64,000 bases of DNA. It comes from Calcarisporiella thermophila CBS 279.70. Taxonomy: Eukaryota; Fungi; Calcarisporiellomycota. The notes beneath the pieces were generated by a model. That model was given only the letters and a program-made list of their open reading frames with translations, ran no database searches and had not been told where the DNA came from. A program made the position numbers and the translations under genes. Below are positions 62,764 through 64,000 of this stretch, piece after piece (position 1 is the first letter of the stretch; every line of letters starts with the position of its first letter). Where the stretch lies: the NCBI RefSeq assembly GCF_041956535.1, contig NW_027192199.1, forward strand, positions 696,068 through 760,067, written 5' to 3'.

Positions 62764-64000
62764 TTTTTTTTTAACAAAGGACCTTTATTGAAAAATATCC
62801 TATCCTGTTAAAAAGGTAGGGTAGCTTCTACGTCAAAATCACCCAGGTAATGCTCCTGGCCTACCTTGCAGAATTTGGAGGATAGAAGGAAAAAGAAAGA
62901 AAGAAAGAAAAGGATTTAAGTGTAAGAGGAAGAGAGAAAAGGTGATGAGGAGAGAGCTAGGAAAGTATGGAAACAGCAATTAGCTTAATAAAGAAGGGGA
63001 TAGGAATAACTGTAAGAGGGAGGGATAAAAAGTTGTGTACAATGGTCTTAAGATAGGCTGCTTATGTACGTGAATTAACGAAAAGAAGTGAAGGATTGAA
63101 AAGGTAAAGGAAGAGGAAAGGAGAAAAAAGGAAAAAGAAAAAGAAAAAGTAGGGAAAAAAACGATAGAGGAAATGGTATTAATATACAGCAGTGAAGGGT
63201 TGGGTGCAGTTCTCAAGCCGGAGTTGGGGCTGGGATTTGATCTTCAGAGGTGTCCTGGATGAAAATCACAGAATCATCTATGATGTTCACCCAGTTTCCC
63301 CTTGACCATTTATCGATGAAGTCTCTTTTCCGATTCTGCTTCATTGCCATCCACCACTTGGACTTTATTCCTCGCTGTAGCTCGTTGTCAAATTGTTTGG
63401 TTATGGTTACCGGATTGGGTTGGACATCGTCCAGCACTAATTCAAGTCTCGAGCGGTATATTATCCACAGGGCTATGTCGTGGCTCAGAGCAACCACTTC
63501 GTTGAAGCCTTGACTTATTTGTTTGTCTTGTCCAAACAGTCTGTCTTCTCTCGTGGATTCGTGTGGCGGTATTCGGCAGTTTGTCTCATCAACTCTTTGC
63601 CAGAGTTGCGCGATAGCTGGGCAGTCTAGAAAGGTATAGGCAATTGTTTCAGGTATCCCTAGGGAACACCTTTTGCAAGTGTTAGGATCTCCAGTCCATT
63701 TCAATCCGCCAGCGTAGCGCACGGTGTTTTGGGAGGGTGGGTCGTTTGTGGACGGAAGTCCAGATTTTCTTCCAATCCTCGGGTGTAGATCCAGCCTCTG
63801 GCCAGGATTGAGACACCAGTATGTTCGGCTCTAGAGAGCCGTTGCGCCGGAAGTGACGTCCTTGTCGGGTGGAGTATTCTACGACAGGCCTGCCGGCCAG
63901 GTGGCAGTGATAAAGTGGGAAACGGGGGTGAGGGTGTTGTTGCGGTATATCAGTACACTCCGTGATCTTTGCAACCAAGCTCGGAGGTAAGTTGAGGTAG
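62764..64000 (-). mobile_element. L1/Tx1-like non-LTR retrotransposon, 3' part (continues beyond the window)
   Basis: zf-RVT region WKKIW...PKHRALRWR...CKRC..PETIAYTFLDC and ALWIIYRSR; frameshift near 63700; about 450-nt pyrimidine-rich 3' UTR with AATAAA and poly-A (T9 at 62764-62772). Confidence 0.85.

Noticed and set aside
1-64000. CRISPR arrays, operons or other prokaryotic systems
   Set aside because: No repeat-spacer periodicity; genes carry spliceosomal introns and are eukaryotic.

Overview
Intron-rich eukaryotic DNA from an early-diverging fungus (gene set and intron style suggest Mucoromycota; this is inference). About 21 protein genes: CAP1, eIF4E, tricalbin, a hypothetical, Gcn4/Cpc1-like bZIP, G3BP/Nxt3-like, Bem1-like, membrane-anchored GH9, WD40, MPDU1, Crz1-like C2H2, GCKIII kinase, elongase, Kelch-TM, GDSL, Cdc24-like, Hsp78, CSA/ERCC8, Sec5, Apc4 and METTL23-like. 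There are three tRNA genes and an 808-nt assembly gap. Highlights: (1) an AT-rich island between two identical divergent tRNA-Asn genes holds a complete tRNA-headed SINE (16-bp TSD, poly-A) and a stack of 5'-truncated L1/Tx1-like LINE ends. All face head-to-head with a tRNA gene and end in an AATAAA-containing hairpin, suggesting a tRNA-gene-targeted LINE/SINE system. (2) The Hsp78 reading frame appears to need a single-nucleotide exon. (3) The bZIP gene has an ATF4/GCN4-like leader. Exon boundaries were read by eye and are unverified by transcript data.
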